A stretch of DNA of 64,000 nucleotides from Nemertoderma westbladi (taxonomy: Eukaryota; Animalia; Xenacoelomorpha), in NCBI GenBank assembly GCA_032718475.1, contig JAUCBJ010006114.1, forward strand, positions 1-64,000, in the 5' to 3' direction. The translations under genes were made by a program, and so were the position numbers. This document shows positions 38,515 through 51,300 of this stretch, one piece after another (position 1 is the stretch's first letter; each line of letters starts with the position of its first letter). Under the pieces are notes generated by a model that saw only the letters and a program-made list of their open reading frames with translations, did no database searches and was not told where the DNA came from.

Positions 38515-39146
38515 AAGGGGGGGGGGGGGGGGGGGGGGGGGTACACCATTTTCGGACGACTCTTCGATTTATCACTCTCTCTCTCAGCGTTTCAAAATTG
38601 TTTGGTTTTGGCTATAATTTGGAATATAGGTACCTAAGATGCTATTCTACATGACAGTTTTACATGAAAGTTTTTTTATATGATAGACCATAGATGGGGT
38701 AACATAACTATCAGGCGAAATTTTGTGAAAATAATTTCTGCACCGCTAGGTGGCGCTGCAAATTTATATTATTAAAATTTAGCAAATTTTATTAACAAAA
38801 AATTTCGAAAAGTTGTCTGATATCATTATGCAGGGTGGATATGTAGACACCCACAGAAATTTTCAGACTAATTGCTCGAAAATTGTAGAAGTAGTACTTA
38901 GTAGGGTTTTGAAGTTGGCAATTTCATAAAAAAAATATTTGGAGATAATCGACCTTTCATTAGTAATACTGTAGTAATTTCAATAGGTCTCCCTAAATGG
39001 TCATTCTTATAACTTGAAAACTAAAAGAGCTATTAAATAGCGGTTTTCAAATTTGGAAACACCATTTAATCGCGCATTATAATAGATCATAAAAATGATT
39101 TCGACATATTTTGGGCCAAAATGGTGTAATACCCTCCTCCCCCCTT
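38515..39146. mobile_element. Non-autonomous DNA transposon/MITE with G-rich termini (Kolobok-like)
   Basis: aagggg(G)n..tacaccatttt at left versus aaaatggtgtaataccctcctccccccttaa at right; TTAA at the right end. Confidence 0.5.
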
Positions 39147-39348
39147 AATGAGAACAAATAAATTAACAAATATAAATTAAGCCACCTAACTTACGGTAAT
39201 TAATATACAAATACAGGACTGATATTATATACATAATACACAGACTCACTAATAATGTAGATAAAGTAATGGCATTTATTGTGATTGATTGAGTGAGCAT
39301 TGAAGTTTGCTGTTGACCTTTAGAACATTATTACCACTCCAGCACAGG

Positions 39349-41121
39349 TACCGTACAGTTACTGTACGAGGTACAGTTACAGTACAAGGTACAGTTACAG
39401 TACAAGGTACAGTTACAGTACAAGGTACAGATACAGTACGAGGTATAGTTACAGTACAAGGTGCAGTTACATTACAAGGTATAGTTACAGTAAAGGTATA
39501 GTTACAGTACAATGTATAGTTACAGTACAAGGTATAGTTACAGTACAAGGTATAGTTACAGTACGAGGTATAGTTACAGTACAAGGTGCAGTTACAGTAC
39601 AAGGTATAGTTACAGTACAAGGTATAGTTACAGTACAAGGTATAGTTACAGTACAAGGTATATTTACAGTACAAGGTGCAGTTACAGTACAAGGTATAGT
39701 TACAGTACAAGGTGCAGTTACAGTACAAGGTATAGTTATAGTACAAGGTGCAGTTACAGTACAAGGTACAGTTACAGTACAAGGTATAGTTACAGTACAA
39801 GGTGCAGTTACAGTAACAAGGTGCAGTTACAGTACAAGGTATAGTTACAGTACAAGGTATAGTTACAGTACAAGGTATAGTTACAGTACAAGGTATAGTT
39901 ACAGTACAAGGTGCAGTTACAGTACAAGGTATAGTTACAGTACAAGGTGCAGTTACAGTACAAGGTACAGTTACAGTACAAGGTATAGTTACAGTACAAG
40001 GTATAGTTACAGTACAATGTATAGTTACAGTACAAGGTATAGTTACAGTACAAGGTATAGTTACAGTACAAGGTGCAGTTACAGTACAAGGTATAGTTAC
40101 AGTACAAGGTGCAGTTACAGTACAAGGTACAGTTACAGTACAAGGTATAGTTACAGTACAAGGTGCAGTTACAGTACAAGGTGCAGTTACAGTACAAGGT
40201 GCAGTTACAGTACAAGGTACAGTTACAGTACAAGGTATAGTTACAGTACAAGGTATAGTTACAGTACAATGTATAGTTACAGTACAAGGTGCAGTTACAG
40301 TACAAAGGTACAGTGTACAGGTACACTAAATACTAAATACACTGCAAGGTACAGTACAAGGTACAGTTACAGTACAATGTACAGTACAGGTACAAGGTAT
40401 AGTTACAGTACAAGGTATAGTTACAGTACAAGGTGCAGTTACAGTACAAGGTGCAGTTACAGTACAAGGTGCAGTTACAGTACAAGGTATAATTACAGTA
40501 CAAGGTGCAGTTAAAGTACAAGGTACAGTTACAGTACAAGGTATAGTTACAGTACAAGGTGCAGTTACAGTACAATGTATAGTTACAGTACAAGGTATAG
40601 TTACAGTACAAGGTATAGTTACAGTACAAGGTGCAGTTACAGTACAAGGTACAGTTACAGTACAAGGTACAGTTACAGTACAAGGTATAGTTACAGTACA
40701 AGGTATAGTTACAGTACAAGGTATAGTTACAGTACAAGGTGCAGTTACAGTACAAGGTACAGTTACAGTACAAGGTACAGTTACAGTACAAGGTATAGTT
40801 ACAGTACAAGGTATAGTTACAGTACAAGGTGCAGTTACAGTACAAGGTGCAGTTACAGTACAAGGTGCAGTTACAGTACAAGGTGCAGTTACAGTACAAA
40901 GGTACAGCGTACAGGTACACTAAATACTAAATACACTGCAAGGTACAGTACAAGGTACAGTTACAGTACAAGGTACAGTTACAGTACAAGGTATAGTTAC
41001 AGTACAAGGTATAGTTACAGTACAAGGTATAGTTACAGTACAAGGTGCAGTTACAGTACAAGGTGCAGTTACAGTACAAGGTGCAGTTACAGTACAAAGG
41101 TACAGCGTACAGGTACACTAA
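39349..41121. repeat. 18-bp minisatellite agttacagtacaaggt(at/gc/ac), ~1.8 kb
   Basis: Tandem array read directly, punctuated by aaaggtacag(c/t)gtacaggtacactaaa at ~40304, ~40898 and ~41096. Confidence 0.96.
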
Positions 41122-42294
41122 AGTATTCAATTCCATCATAATTATTACGACGTACTATACTACTGTAAGTTTTCCACTACTTTCTGGGGATTTACCACAT
41201 GACTGTATAATAAAACCATATGCCTAAAATTCCTCAACCACAACCATAAAGGCCTATAACTGTATTATTGAATGCCATTGGGTTACTGGTGGGCGGTGGC
41301 TTGGCATTCTTACATTAAATGGTTGACTACTAACTGCCAGGAACCAGGGCTATCCTATCTATCTATTGTATCTTCAACTACAATATACCCTCTTCTACTC
41401 CGGTAGAACAATTAATTGCCCTACATTGTGCTGTATTGTATAGAGATAGTGCTTAATTAACTTATTCACCATACACGAAGCTTTCAATAATAGAATGGCA
41501 ACATGCAACATCAAACATTGACTTGTTACGTTTTGAATGAGTCTATACTGTATTCTTAGTACGTTCAGGTAATTAATTGGAAGTATGATTTTGAGTAAAT
41601 TGAAAATTGGCCATATTATTTAAATGAAAACCTCGTGTTATGATGAATTAAGCCGCAGCCATTTTGCGCATTAATACTGTGCAGAAACTGGACCCACACA
41701 GAAGCAAACCATATCCCAAATTCGTTTATGTTATTTTTGGGATCTGGTATTGTATTATTAACGTTATTATCTTGCCGCTGTTATATCTAATTTGGTATCC
41801 GGGAATATGGAATTTGTGAATAAGGAACTTGGGTTTTGGGATTTTATGCAACATATTGCCTACGGTGTGAATACAGATTGTTTGGTTTGTTACTTATTCT
41901 ATACTAAAAAACTTCCTGCAGTCTATATTATTTTTCTTCAATAATTATCATTTTATTCAATTTTCACAACTTCTCCGTATATTAAGTAGGCCTATCTTGA
42001 ATAAGGAATTTGTAATAAGGAACTTGTGTTAACATAATCCATAATCTTGTTTCACAGTTTACACTCGTTTATTGTTTTGGTTCCATCCATCCACCATCCA
42101 CCTCTATAACCTGCTTTTGGTTTCATCCACGCCTCTACGAAATGTACCTTTGTAAACCTGGATAATCTTGTTACATGTGTCAACTTATTTATTGTTTCGG
42201 TTCTATCCAACCGTCTGCGTCTCTGTAACGTAACCTGACTAATTTTTAAGAATGACTATCCCCAATAACTATCGCGAGGTTATCCGCATCTTCA

Positions 42295-42605
42295 AGGTCA
42301 GTGTCCTTTAGGAGGCGTCTCACAAAAGTCTGGTCTGTCCACCATGCTTATTTTCTTCATGGCGCTGCCAAAGCACAAGATTGTGCACAGACTGGTCCTC
42401 ACGGCGAAAACAATGTCCTGCAAAGCGGGGGCGGCTTTGTTCAAGTCTCAAGTTTGGGGGACCAATGGGAAACCTCCAATATTATAGTGTCTGGTTGGAG
42501 ATGTGTGCATTACTTGACACAGTGAACCCGGCGTAGCATTCTTGTGAATGTGCCATCCAGAGATTTGGTGTCCTCAGCAGTTAGAGCACAGCATGGACTC
42601 CTATA
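42295..42605 (-). mobile_element. RTE LINE fragment, same family as the 25.7-27.2 kb copy
   Basis: 42501-42603 is nearly identical to 25729-25833 (tacttgacaca.tgaacccgg.gtagcatt.ttgtgaatgtgccatccagagatttggtgtcctcagcagttagagca). Confidence 0.8.
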
Positions 42606-42724
42606 TGAGTAGAGTGAGTGAGGGAGACTTGAACCCCAAAAGTTATAATCGCTCTAAAGAACAGATAAATAAATTTTTCAATGCCGTTTTAACTTTTTCA
42701 CATTACATTTATGATTGCTATCAT

Positions 42725-43955
42725 TGTTCGCGCTTTCAGACCTTTGGCAGTTTAACCCGCCAAATTAGAATGTCTTCTAGATAATAAATCACTTTTAGTC
42801 TATGACAAGTATTTGATTCACTACACTAGTCGAAACCAATCTGTGCGCGATCATTCACCCGCTGGATATTCCCGGGAGATTGGGTTCGACGGTTTAATTT
42901 TATTGCTATGTAAGCCTAATGTATTATTCGACTGACAGTATTATATAATCTCTGACAATATTATTCACCTTCGGGAATATTAACAGTTCCTTTAGGACGT
43001 GGCGCTTTATCTATATAAACAGAGTTATGACTTAAACTACTCACAACGATATGGCTTAATTATAATTCACATATATGGCGCATTCTTTAGGAATTGCTTC
43101 TTTAACAGACTCACTCATACACAATGCTGCACAATACTGCACACTAATCTGCCAATCTTCACTGATTTTAGTCACATATAAAAGGAACACAGACTGACTC
43201 ATGTAGGGTCTATCAAATAACATTAGGTTCACTTCAAACCACTTTAACATAAGTCACAATCGTTATTGGTAACCTTTCTCTCTTACCTTCGGTATATCAA
43301 GAATATTGGGTTTTCGGGGTTATTTCTCGTTATTCCAATATAATAATTCATCAACAATATAATGAATAACCGACAACAAATAGCAGTACACAGTATCGAT
43401 TGAGCAGGTAATTTTAGCAGTTTCAGCAGTTATTAAAAGCCGTGTGTCAGCAGTCAGTGTATTCCCAGATCAGTGATTCCATGAGTTTGATCGGTATGTC
43501 AGTTAAAGGATATATGCCCTTATAATTAAACCTACTAGTGTAAGACTAAAAACTGAAACACGGAGGTGCCAAAAGCCGGTTCTTAGGCTCTGGGCAAAAA
43601 CATAACACTGAACTACTGAGTTTCTGTATATACCTCCAACACAGAGACAACAAACGCTCTGATTGGTCAACCTGAACAACGAGAGAACAGAGAAACAAAG
43701 AAACGTCGACGTGGCAATATCAGCTGCTAGCCGTCGTCATGGTAGCGACACTGTTTTCAAGAGTATCGAGCTTTTACGTCACGGAATTACGGATTATGTC
43801 CTCTAAAGTACAAATACAGAAGAAATAGCTTTCATGTCCGCTAAAACACCAGTACAGCAAGGACACGGCCTTTTTATGCCTGGTAAACCAACTACAGAGT
43901 ACTTTACGGGAAAAATAAGGAAAAATAACCGGACAATTCAGCAAAAGCTTTTACA
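42725..43955 (-). repeat. 3' LTR (1231 bp)
   Basis: tgttcgcgctttcag...gcaaaagcttttaca, a direct repeat of 55217-56448. Confidence 0.95.
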
Positions 43956-44855
43956 CCGCTCCCAGAAAATGGGATTTTCAGTCTATAAAATATAAAAATC
44001 ACAGTTTCTAAAACATAAAGATACTCTGAACAGTTAGTCTTTCTTACGCAGACGGCGTTTACGCAGTTTTTTGAGGCTAGCAAGAGTCCTTTTCTCTTTG
44101 GGGGGAGCCACTTTACTAGGAGGGCCATAACTCCTGGGTGAAGGGTGCAATATGATTGCATTAAAAGGTTTGGGTTTACGGTCGGTGTCTCGTCCATTTC
44201 GATATGCTTCTCCTCGAGCTGATTTTCCTCCGCTTGTCATGGGATACGTTCGTCCAAAACTCTCGCAGAGAATAGGGTTTTCTAAGCTTGATATCTTCTT
44301 TGAGATTCGAGGTTTCCCAATTGAACTGAGATAAGGCCAATTCGTTTATCGATTGGACTTACTGTTATAACTTACGTTTATCTGAACAAACGCAGGTTTC
44401 TTTTTTGATCTTTATAGAATAGCGTTTAACTCGTTTCGTACAACGCTCTCCTTCACCTTGATGAAGGGTTGTATCGCGTTAAACGGGACGACCATACGGT
44501 TGGATAATGATATTAGGTGTCTGCGTCATAATCCAGCTAGGTAAGATGGGCGGCTAGCTAGAAATCACTGTCGGAGTGTTACCGATTAATTGTTAGGGTA
44601 GCACTAGATCTTGAACAGTGAATACCGTCCGCGAGGATCCGCGACACCACCAGGATCGCAGGTCTGAGGTCCAACTAAGAAATGAGGAGGTTTGACCGAG
44701 TATTCCGGGACTCTGATCGTAGGTTTACTCTAGGATCGTTAGAGCCGAGTGAGCATAGGTGATACGTCAAACAAGTTTCGCTCGAAACTCCAGTAAATAT
44801 AACGAACACAACTGTGTTTAACACAACGTTTCCGTGGATGTTTATGTCTTTCCGT

Positions 44856-45413
44856 TTATTGGCTGGGTCTAGGGCATTTACCGTAATAATACCCAAAAAC
44901 GTACGTCTTGTAGGGGAAACGCGAGTGATCTTTCTCCAGCTTACAATATTCCTCCATCCGTTCGAAGCTGTTCGGTACAACAGGTAGCGGTCGATCGGCG
45001 ATAAGATACATCATAGGGGAATCGAGCCGTTTGAGTTCTACCATGCGGTCATGATGTATACTTTGAGGATATCGAGTTTCTAGATTTTGTTGACTGGCAA
45101 TATTGAGATATGTTTCTATCAGGAATTCCAGATAATCGTTGAAGTCGCTGCGTTTATCCGGCTCCTCAACGTCTTCTCTTTCGAGTCTGTTTCGAATAGA
45201 ATTCTCGTGTTCCATTCTTGGTTTATCGTTCCGCCTCTGCTGGGTAGGATATTTCAATCGTACCATTTCCCTTTTGGTGTCGACATTGTCCGTATCGTGT
45301 AAATCGATAGGATGACCAGTAGTTAAGAAGCCCATATACGTACCATTACGCTGCGTATATCGAGCAGTGAATTTTCTATAGCCCAACTCACGCGTGAGCT
45401 GCTCTTGGGACAT
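44856..45413 (-). CDS. Unknown accessory ORF (185 aa) in the 3' internal region of the LTR element; may join the overlapping upstream ORF (45323-45616) via a frameshift
   Basis: Same strand as gag, protein-like composition, no recognised motif. Confidence 0.4.
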   Translation of the reverse strand: MSQEQLTRELGYRKFTARYTQRNGTYMGFLTTGHPIDLHDTDNVDTKREMVRLKYPTQQRRNDKPRMEHENSIRNRLEREDVEEPDKRSDFNDYLEFLIETYLNIASQQNLETRYPQSIHHDRMVELKRLDSPMMYLIADRPLPVVPNSFERMEEYCKLEKDHSRFPYKTYVFGYYYGKCPRPSQ

Positions 45414-46119
45414 TGGCGGTTCGATATAACGACCATCGTTGGACTAACGTCGCCGTGTATTAAGCTATCAACAAACGCTTGTAAAAGTAGAGTATATCGC
45501 TCCCCGATACCAAGACCATCTTCTATCAACTCCGTCATATCTGCTATATATGAGTTTATCCATTTTATAATGAGTCCACATTTAGGCGAGCGGGCGTCGC
45601 TGCCTACCCCAATCAACCCCCGGACAGTACGAGATCCTCAGCGCCGATGTGTCGTCGCCGCTGTACTTTCGCCAACGACGTAGCCGCACAACGACAACGA
45701 CAACCGGCACAAGTCACTCAACTGTCCGTCCCAAAGGCTTAGATGTACTTCAGGTTTTCCTTGGAGAGTTAGGTTACTTTACGATTGCGACTGGCTACTG
45801 TAAACACACCTTAGTAGTAACATTCGCCTATAAGCTCACAAGTACCACACACACAACTTGTCACAAATTACACACACTCGGGTCACTTGTCCTTTAGTCA
45901 ATGCCTTCCAGAATGTCACTGTATTATTATGTATCCTTGGATACTATCAGTGCACTATTTATTCCCTATGCTATTCAATGGGACAAGCTTTCTATTGTTC
46001 TTTTAACTCAATTCTAATTCTAGCGTGGTTGTTGCTATGGTGACATTATGCAAAGCTAGCGGTAGAATTAGGGTGATTCCAATGCATACAGATCTGGGAT
46101 GTTATTTAATAGTATTCTT

Positions 46120-47245
46120 TAACAAGCTGGCAAGCCTGGAGGGTTCACGGTCCTCCTACTTACTGACTTAATCAGTACAATAATAATAACCGATACATCA
46201 TTGTCGAAACGTACCCAGTATTCGGGTACCGGCTGGCGGCTGACCGGTACGTTTTCGTCCGGGTAGGCCTATGTTTCCTTTTCACTTGTTCCCATCGTAG
46301 GCGACCTCATGCTCATCCCACCACGACAACGACCACCAGTAACGAGTTGGGTAGGCAGTAGGCGTCTACCGGCAACCGGTAAGTAATTACGCGCCACACG
46401 ACGTCATCGTGGTCATCCCGCCATCCGCCAACATTTATACCGGTAAGGTAAGCCTACCACCTACCGGCTGGCTACCATCGCACCGTAGGTCTACCGCCTA
46501 CACCTACCGGTCAACCGGTAACGGTAGGCTACCGCGTACCGGTACAGCGGTACTCAAAGTCGTACCGGTATTGTCGTAATTGACAAATGCAGGATTAAAC
46601 CGTAACCCGTTCCGGCAGACTGAGTGCATAGTGCTAAGATTGCTAACCATTAACAAAACACAGTTCTTCGGCATACTGGACACTGGTACAAGTTAGCTAT
46701 CTACTGCTAGGGCTAGGCTAGGACCTACTGCTGCACTGACCTATGACAGTACAGCAGTATGAAGATAGGCAGATAGGCCTACAGGCAGACAATCAGACAG
46801 TACTAGCAGTCTAGGGCCTACCGGACTGCAGTACCGGTACTGCAGTATTGGTAATTGCTAATGCTAATTAATTACCTTAATTAAATCTTCAATTAGGTCA
46901 TAATGTAGGTCCAAATTTAAAAATCGGCCTCCGTTAATCGATTTAGAAATAATTCAGGTACCTCCATGCCAAATATCAGAATCATTCATTGCGTTCCCTA
47001 TGACAAGATAGCTTTTTCCTAAACCATGCGAAAACATGCAAATATAGCGCTCACATCGCACAAATACCATCTCGACACCCAATTTTTTGTATGAGCCTTC
47101 GCCATCCCTATATCTAACTTTTGTGCAAATTTTGTTTCGATTGATTAACAAATAACTGAGATAACTGAGATATCGCTCTGGACACACACACACACACATT
47201 ACGGTAATAATGGTCACTTATGTCAAAGACCGTGAACCAATAGTC
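46120..47245. mobile_element. HINE/DINE-1-like non-autonomous element nested inside the LTR element
   Basis: Perfect 11-bp sub-terminal inverted repeat ggttcacggtc (46142) / gaccgtgaacc (47228); (CA)n tract near one end; begins aacaag after a T run. Confidence 0.5.
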
Positions 47246-48307
47246 AATGTTCTGTTTTATACATGACTTTATGAATTTTATCGGCTATTGACTATGTTTG
47301 GGAGACTTTCACACACTCATACGCATGATAAGATAAATCTCCGCTCCCTTGATCTATTAATTAATGGAATTTTGGGAACTTTATAAATTGCGTAAAAATG
47401 GCAATTTATTAAATTCATTAAAAGGCATGAATTTAAATTTATTCCCTGAAATTTTATTATTTGATAATTAAATGGACATATTTTGATTCTAGAACATGTC
47501 TAGGGACACAAGATCCTTAATTCTATGACAATTGTCTTTTTTAAGAATATCGGTAAATGCTACGATATCTTAATTGACTAGAATTGTTGAAGGATCTAAA
47601 TTTTACAGATTTTGATTTATTAGATTTGCAAATATTAAATAATTAATATTTGAGATGGGCACCGATTTATTCCAGAACTTGTCTGGGGACGTTAACCACT
47701 GATTCTAGAATTTGTCTTTCAAGTATATCGGTGGGTGCCGCGATATCTTAATCGACTAGAATTACAGATGGTCAAAGGGTTTAACAGATTTATTTTGCGT
47801 TATACGCTACTGTTAAAGGGACATCACGCTACTATATGTATTATTTAATATACGGTATGAGAGCAATATCGCACGAAGCAATGTCAGTGTGAAGAGGCAA
47901 GTCGTTTCCAAGGTCTACCCAGAGCTTGGTTTAGCCGAGACACGAGGATCTGAACTTTGCATTCCTAATACTCTGCCTACCAATAATACTTGAATATAGT
48001 AGTGGCTTTATTGTACTTTAATAAGTACGGACATTTCATCTTACTGTAGTTACGTATTTATAATAGAATACGAGCAGTAAGGAAAGAGAAAAATAATTAT
48101 TTCTCGCCGTCGCACTAAATATAATATAAGTAATTACGTACGTAATAAACACGAATATATTGCACTATTCTACAAAATAATCGCTAAATAATATTCTACT
48201 AAATTAAATAAAACGATTATAATAAAATTACATAGTAATACATACATAAATATAAAAATAATAATATAATATAAAATAATAGAGTCACACACCCACTCCA
48301 TATGTTG

Positions 48308-51300
48308 CTACGTTATGGAGTCCCTAGATGTTTGAAGGATTAGGGAGGTGGTCGTGGGAAGAGAATCTTGCCTTCCACAGTTTCCGGAGAGTCCTCCATT
48401 CCCTTCCGGTAAACACAAACGACCGACTGGGTGATTGAGTCGCTGCATCCCGAATACAATTCCAGGTTTCCTCTTCGTCCTGGAATAGTGACGATAGAGA
48501 CATCGCTCTAGGTACACGACGGCCTTACAAAGCCGATTCCAGGAGCTATAGTGGTCCGTCGCTCCCTGCAGGAGAGGTGAGAGTCCCTGCGAGACGTCTG
48601 ATGTTCCAGAGCTCCAATCGCTCTCTCTGATCTTCATGAAGGATCCACTCGCGGTGGGGAGGTCCAGATCCACGGCGTCGTCCCTGGCAATATGTAATAC
48701 CGACAGATCTATCCCGGGTTCAAATAACTCCGATCCACCCGTCCGGGTTTCAGGTTCGACTTTCTCCGCTCCCTTGGCTGGTCTAATCTCAGTCGGAGTA
48801 AGATGGGGAGGCCATTCATTCTCCTTACTCAGGAAGTCGGGTTCACCTAACCGGTCTATAGTATCTGTCAGTTCTTGAGGAGTTGCTCCTCTGGAAGCGA
48901 TGTCCGTTGGATTAAACTTCTTGGGGCAATATCTCCATTGATCTACATTGGAGCTAAGATTGTCATTATCTGAGGAGTGTGGTGTTCCCTCAGTTGGGTC
49001 GTCTCCCTCACTAGTATCATCTTCCCATTCACTCACCTGGCAGACGCGATCTTGAAGCAGTCTTTCCCTGAGCGTTCTACCGGAAGGTCCAGTAAGGTAC
49101 CAACCTACTCTAGTTCTTACCGCATAGGTCTGTAGTGGCTGCGGTTGAGCAGGCCGTTTCTCTAATGTCTCCAGCGCCTCATGCGCGTTTTGGCCGATGA
49201 GTATTTGCACTCCAGGATAATCAGTCTGGAATCGAGGTATGTTAAGATGTTGGATGCTCTCATCCTCGTCCCAATCATAAAGGTCTGCTTGAGTAGTAGC
49301 GAAGTTCTTTATAGCCACCATTTTCACTGACCTTATGCTGTGTTCTCCTAATTCGTCCTGGGGGGTGGACAACGCTCCGACATAATAATCAGCTGTTATT
49401 GTAGATTTCCAAACTTGCATAATGCCTGACATGTTGAGCTTAGTTTGGAACTTGGGTTGTCCAGCAAATATATTTTCGGCTAGCTCTTTATCGATGAATG
49501 TTCCTGTGCTACCGGAGTCCAGGAGGGCGTTCACTATATAGCTCTTCTGAGGTCCGTGGACCCGTAACTGGACTACAGGAAATTCTCGGATTCCTATATT
49601 GGAAGTTGGCGCTTTCCAAGATGGTTGTTGATCTGAAGTAGTTAGGGTGAGGTCGCTGTCTGTGTCTTTCTCATACATGAGTGCTCGATACACTGCGGTG
49701 GTGTTTATTAGGTAACAGGATTCGTTTTGGTCGGAGAACTCGTCCGTATAGAATCCTTCCATCTCAGATTGATCAGTGTCGTTCACATCACTGAATTGGA
49801 CATGTAGTTCGGACTCACTTACCTGACTCGGGCTGTTTCGTTCGAATTCCGTGTGCAACAAGATATGATGTTTTGCGCCGCACTTTGCACACCTTGCGTC
49901 GGAGTTACAGGTTCGCCGTTGGTGTCCTCGTCTGAGGCAATTATAACACAACCGCTTATCCCACATGACTTCACGTCTATCCTCGAGTGATTTCCTCAGG
50001 AATTTATCACACGCATTTAAACGGTGGGGCCCGTCGCACAGCACACATTTCGGCTTGATGTTACTTACTTTAACCTGTGCTATGTGGTGCACACTTGTTC
50101 TTTCCTCGGGCTTTCTCACCTGAATTCTTTTAGGAGACGTAGGAAGGGTTTTTTGTACCGGTTCCCTTCTGTCATTGGGTCGAGACTCGGATTTACTTAC
50201 CTGATCTTTAGGCATTTTATTGACATAATAAGATCTGTCAGTGTCTTTCCCGCTGTCCTCTCCTTGAGAAGTTTGGCTTTCACCGTCGTCGGTATAACAT
50301 ACTGGTGTTACCCTTCTCCTAGAAACGGGTTTCTCACTTACCTTGTTTTCCAATGTCTTCTCTATGGACTGCCTTAGGAGCTGTAATTTCACTTCTCTAT
50401 CTAAGAATGACATGAGATCAGTCATGGTAGGGTCTCGTTGTTGTTGTTCCATCATATATAACACCTTCTTGTCCCAGCGTGTACCTACTCCACCCTTGGG
50501 CAAAGTAGATGCTAAGGCTCCTACAACCATAGAATTCTGGTATTCATGAGACTTACCTAACCAATCTAGTTGTCTACAGATCTCCTGAATCTCATCGGAA
50601 AACTCTATAATCCCGCTGCTAAGAAACTTTCGGGGCGCCATTAATTTCGCATATAAATACCTAGCGATATTATTCCTATTACCATACCTGATGTTTAGTG
50701 TATCCCAAACTTGTCTTAATCCGTCTGGATGTCCAATAAACTTTAACGCCATTAACTTGGGAGATCCTTCCAAGCACTCGATGAGGAATCTAAGCTTTTC
50801 TCCGTTAGATAACAAGGAGTTCTGTATGTTATCTTTGTAATATTCATTAAAAGGTAACCATTTCATCTCATCTCCATTGAACTTGACGATCTCTCCAACC
50901 TTTACCGCTTGTCGGGCTTCGGTTCTAGCCATTTGGCGTGTAAAACTTTCTTGAGCCATCGCATTATTGAATAGAGAATTATCGGTATATAAGTTTCTCG
51001 GATTATTATCAAGTCTAGATGAGATATCATTATCAACAGGTTTATAATTACCCTTAATAGGGTTCACTATAGGAGTTTCTATTTCGCTAGCAGTATAGAT
51101 GCGTGTAGGCTCCACACCTTGCGCATGGGATACTTCAGACCTAACGGGTTGACACATTGTTACAGGGGGTGGTGGTATACCCTTTTGTGTGTTCACTAAT
51201 TTATCGCGTTCTAACGCGATACTTTGCTGCACCTTTTGCAACTCTAACCTACTTTCCCTTACTGTGCCCTTGAATTGCTGGACAGTCTCTTCCAACTCTC

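Noticed and set aside
39276-41227. Tyr/Cys-rich repeat ORFs on both strands
   Set aside because: By-products of an 18-bp unit that is a multiple of 3; no unique domain or gene structure
42999-43250. 60/64-aa ORFs duplicated at 55491-55742
   Set aside because: Short chance ORFs inside the LTRs
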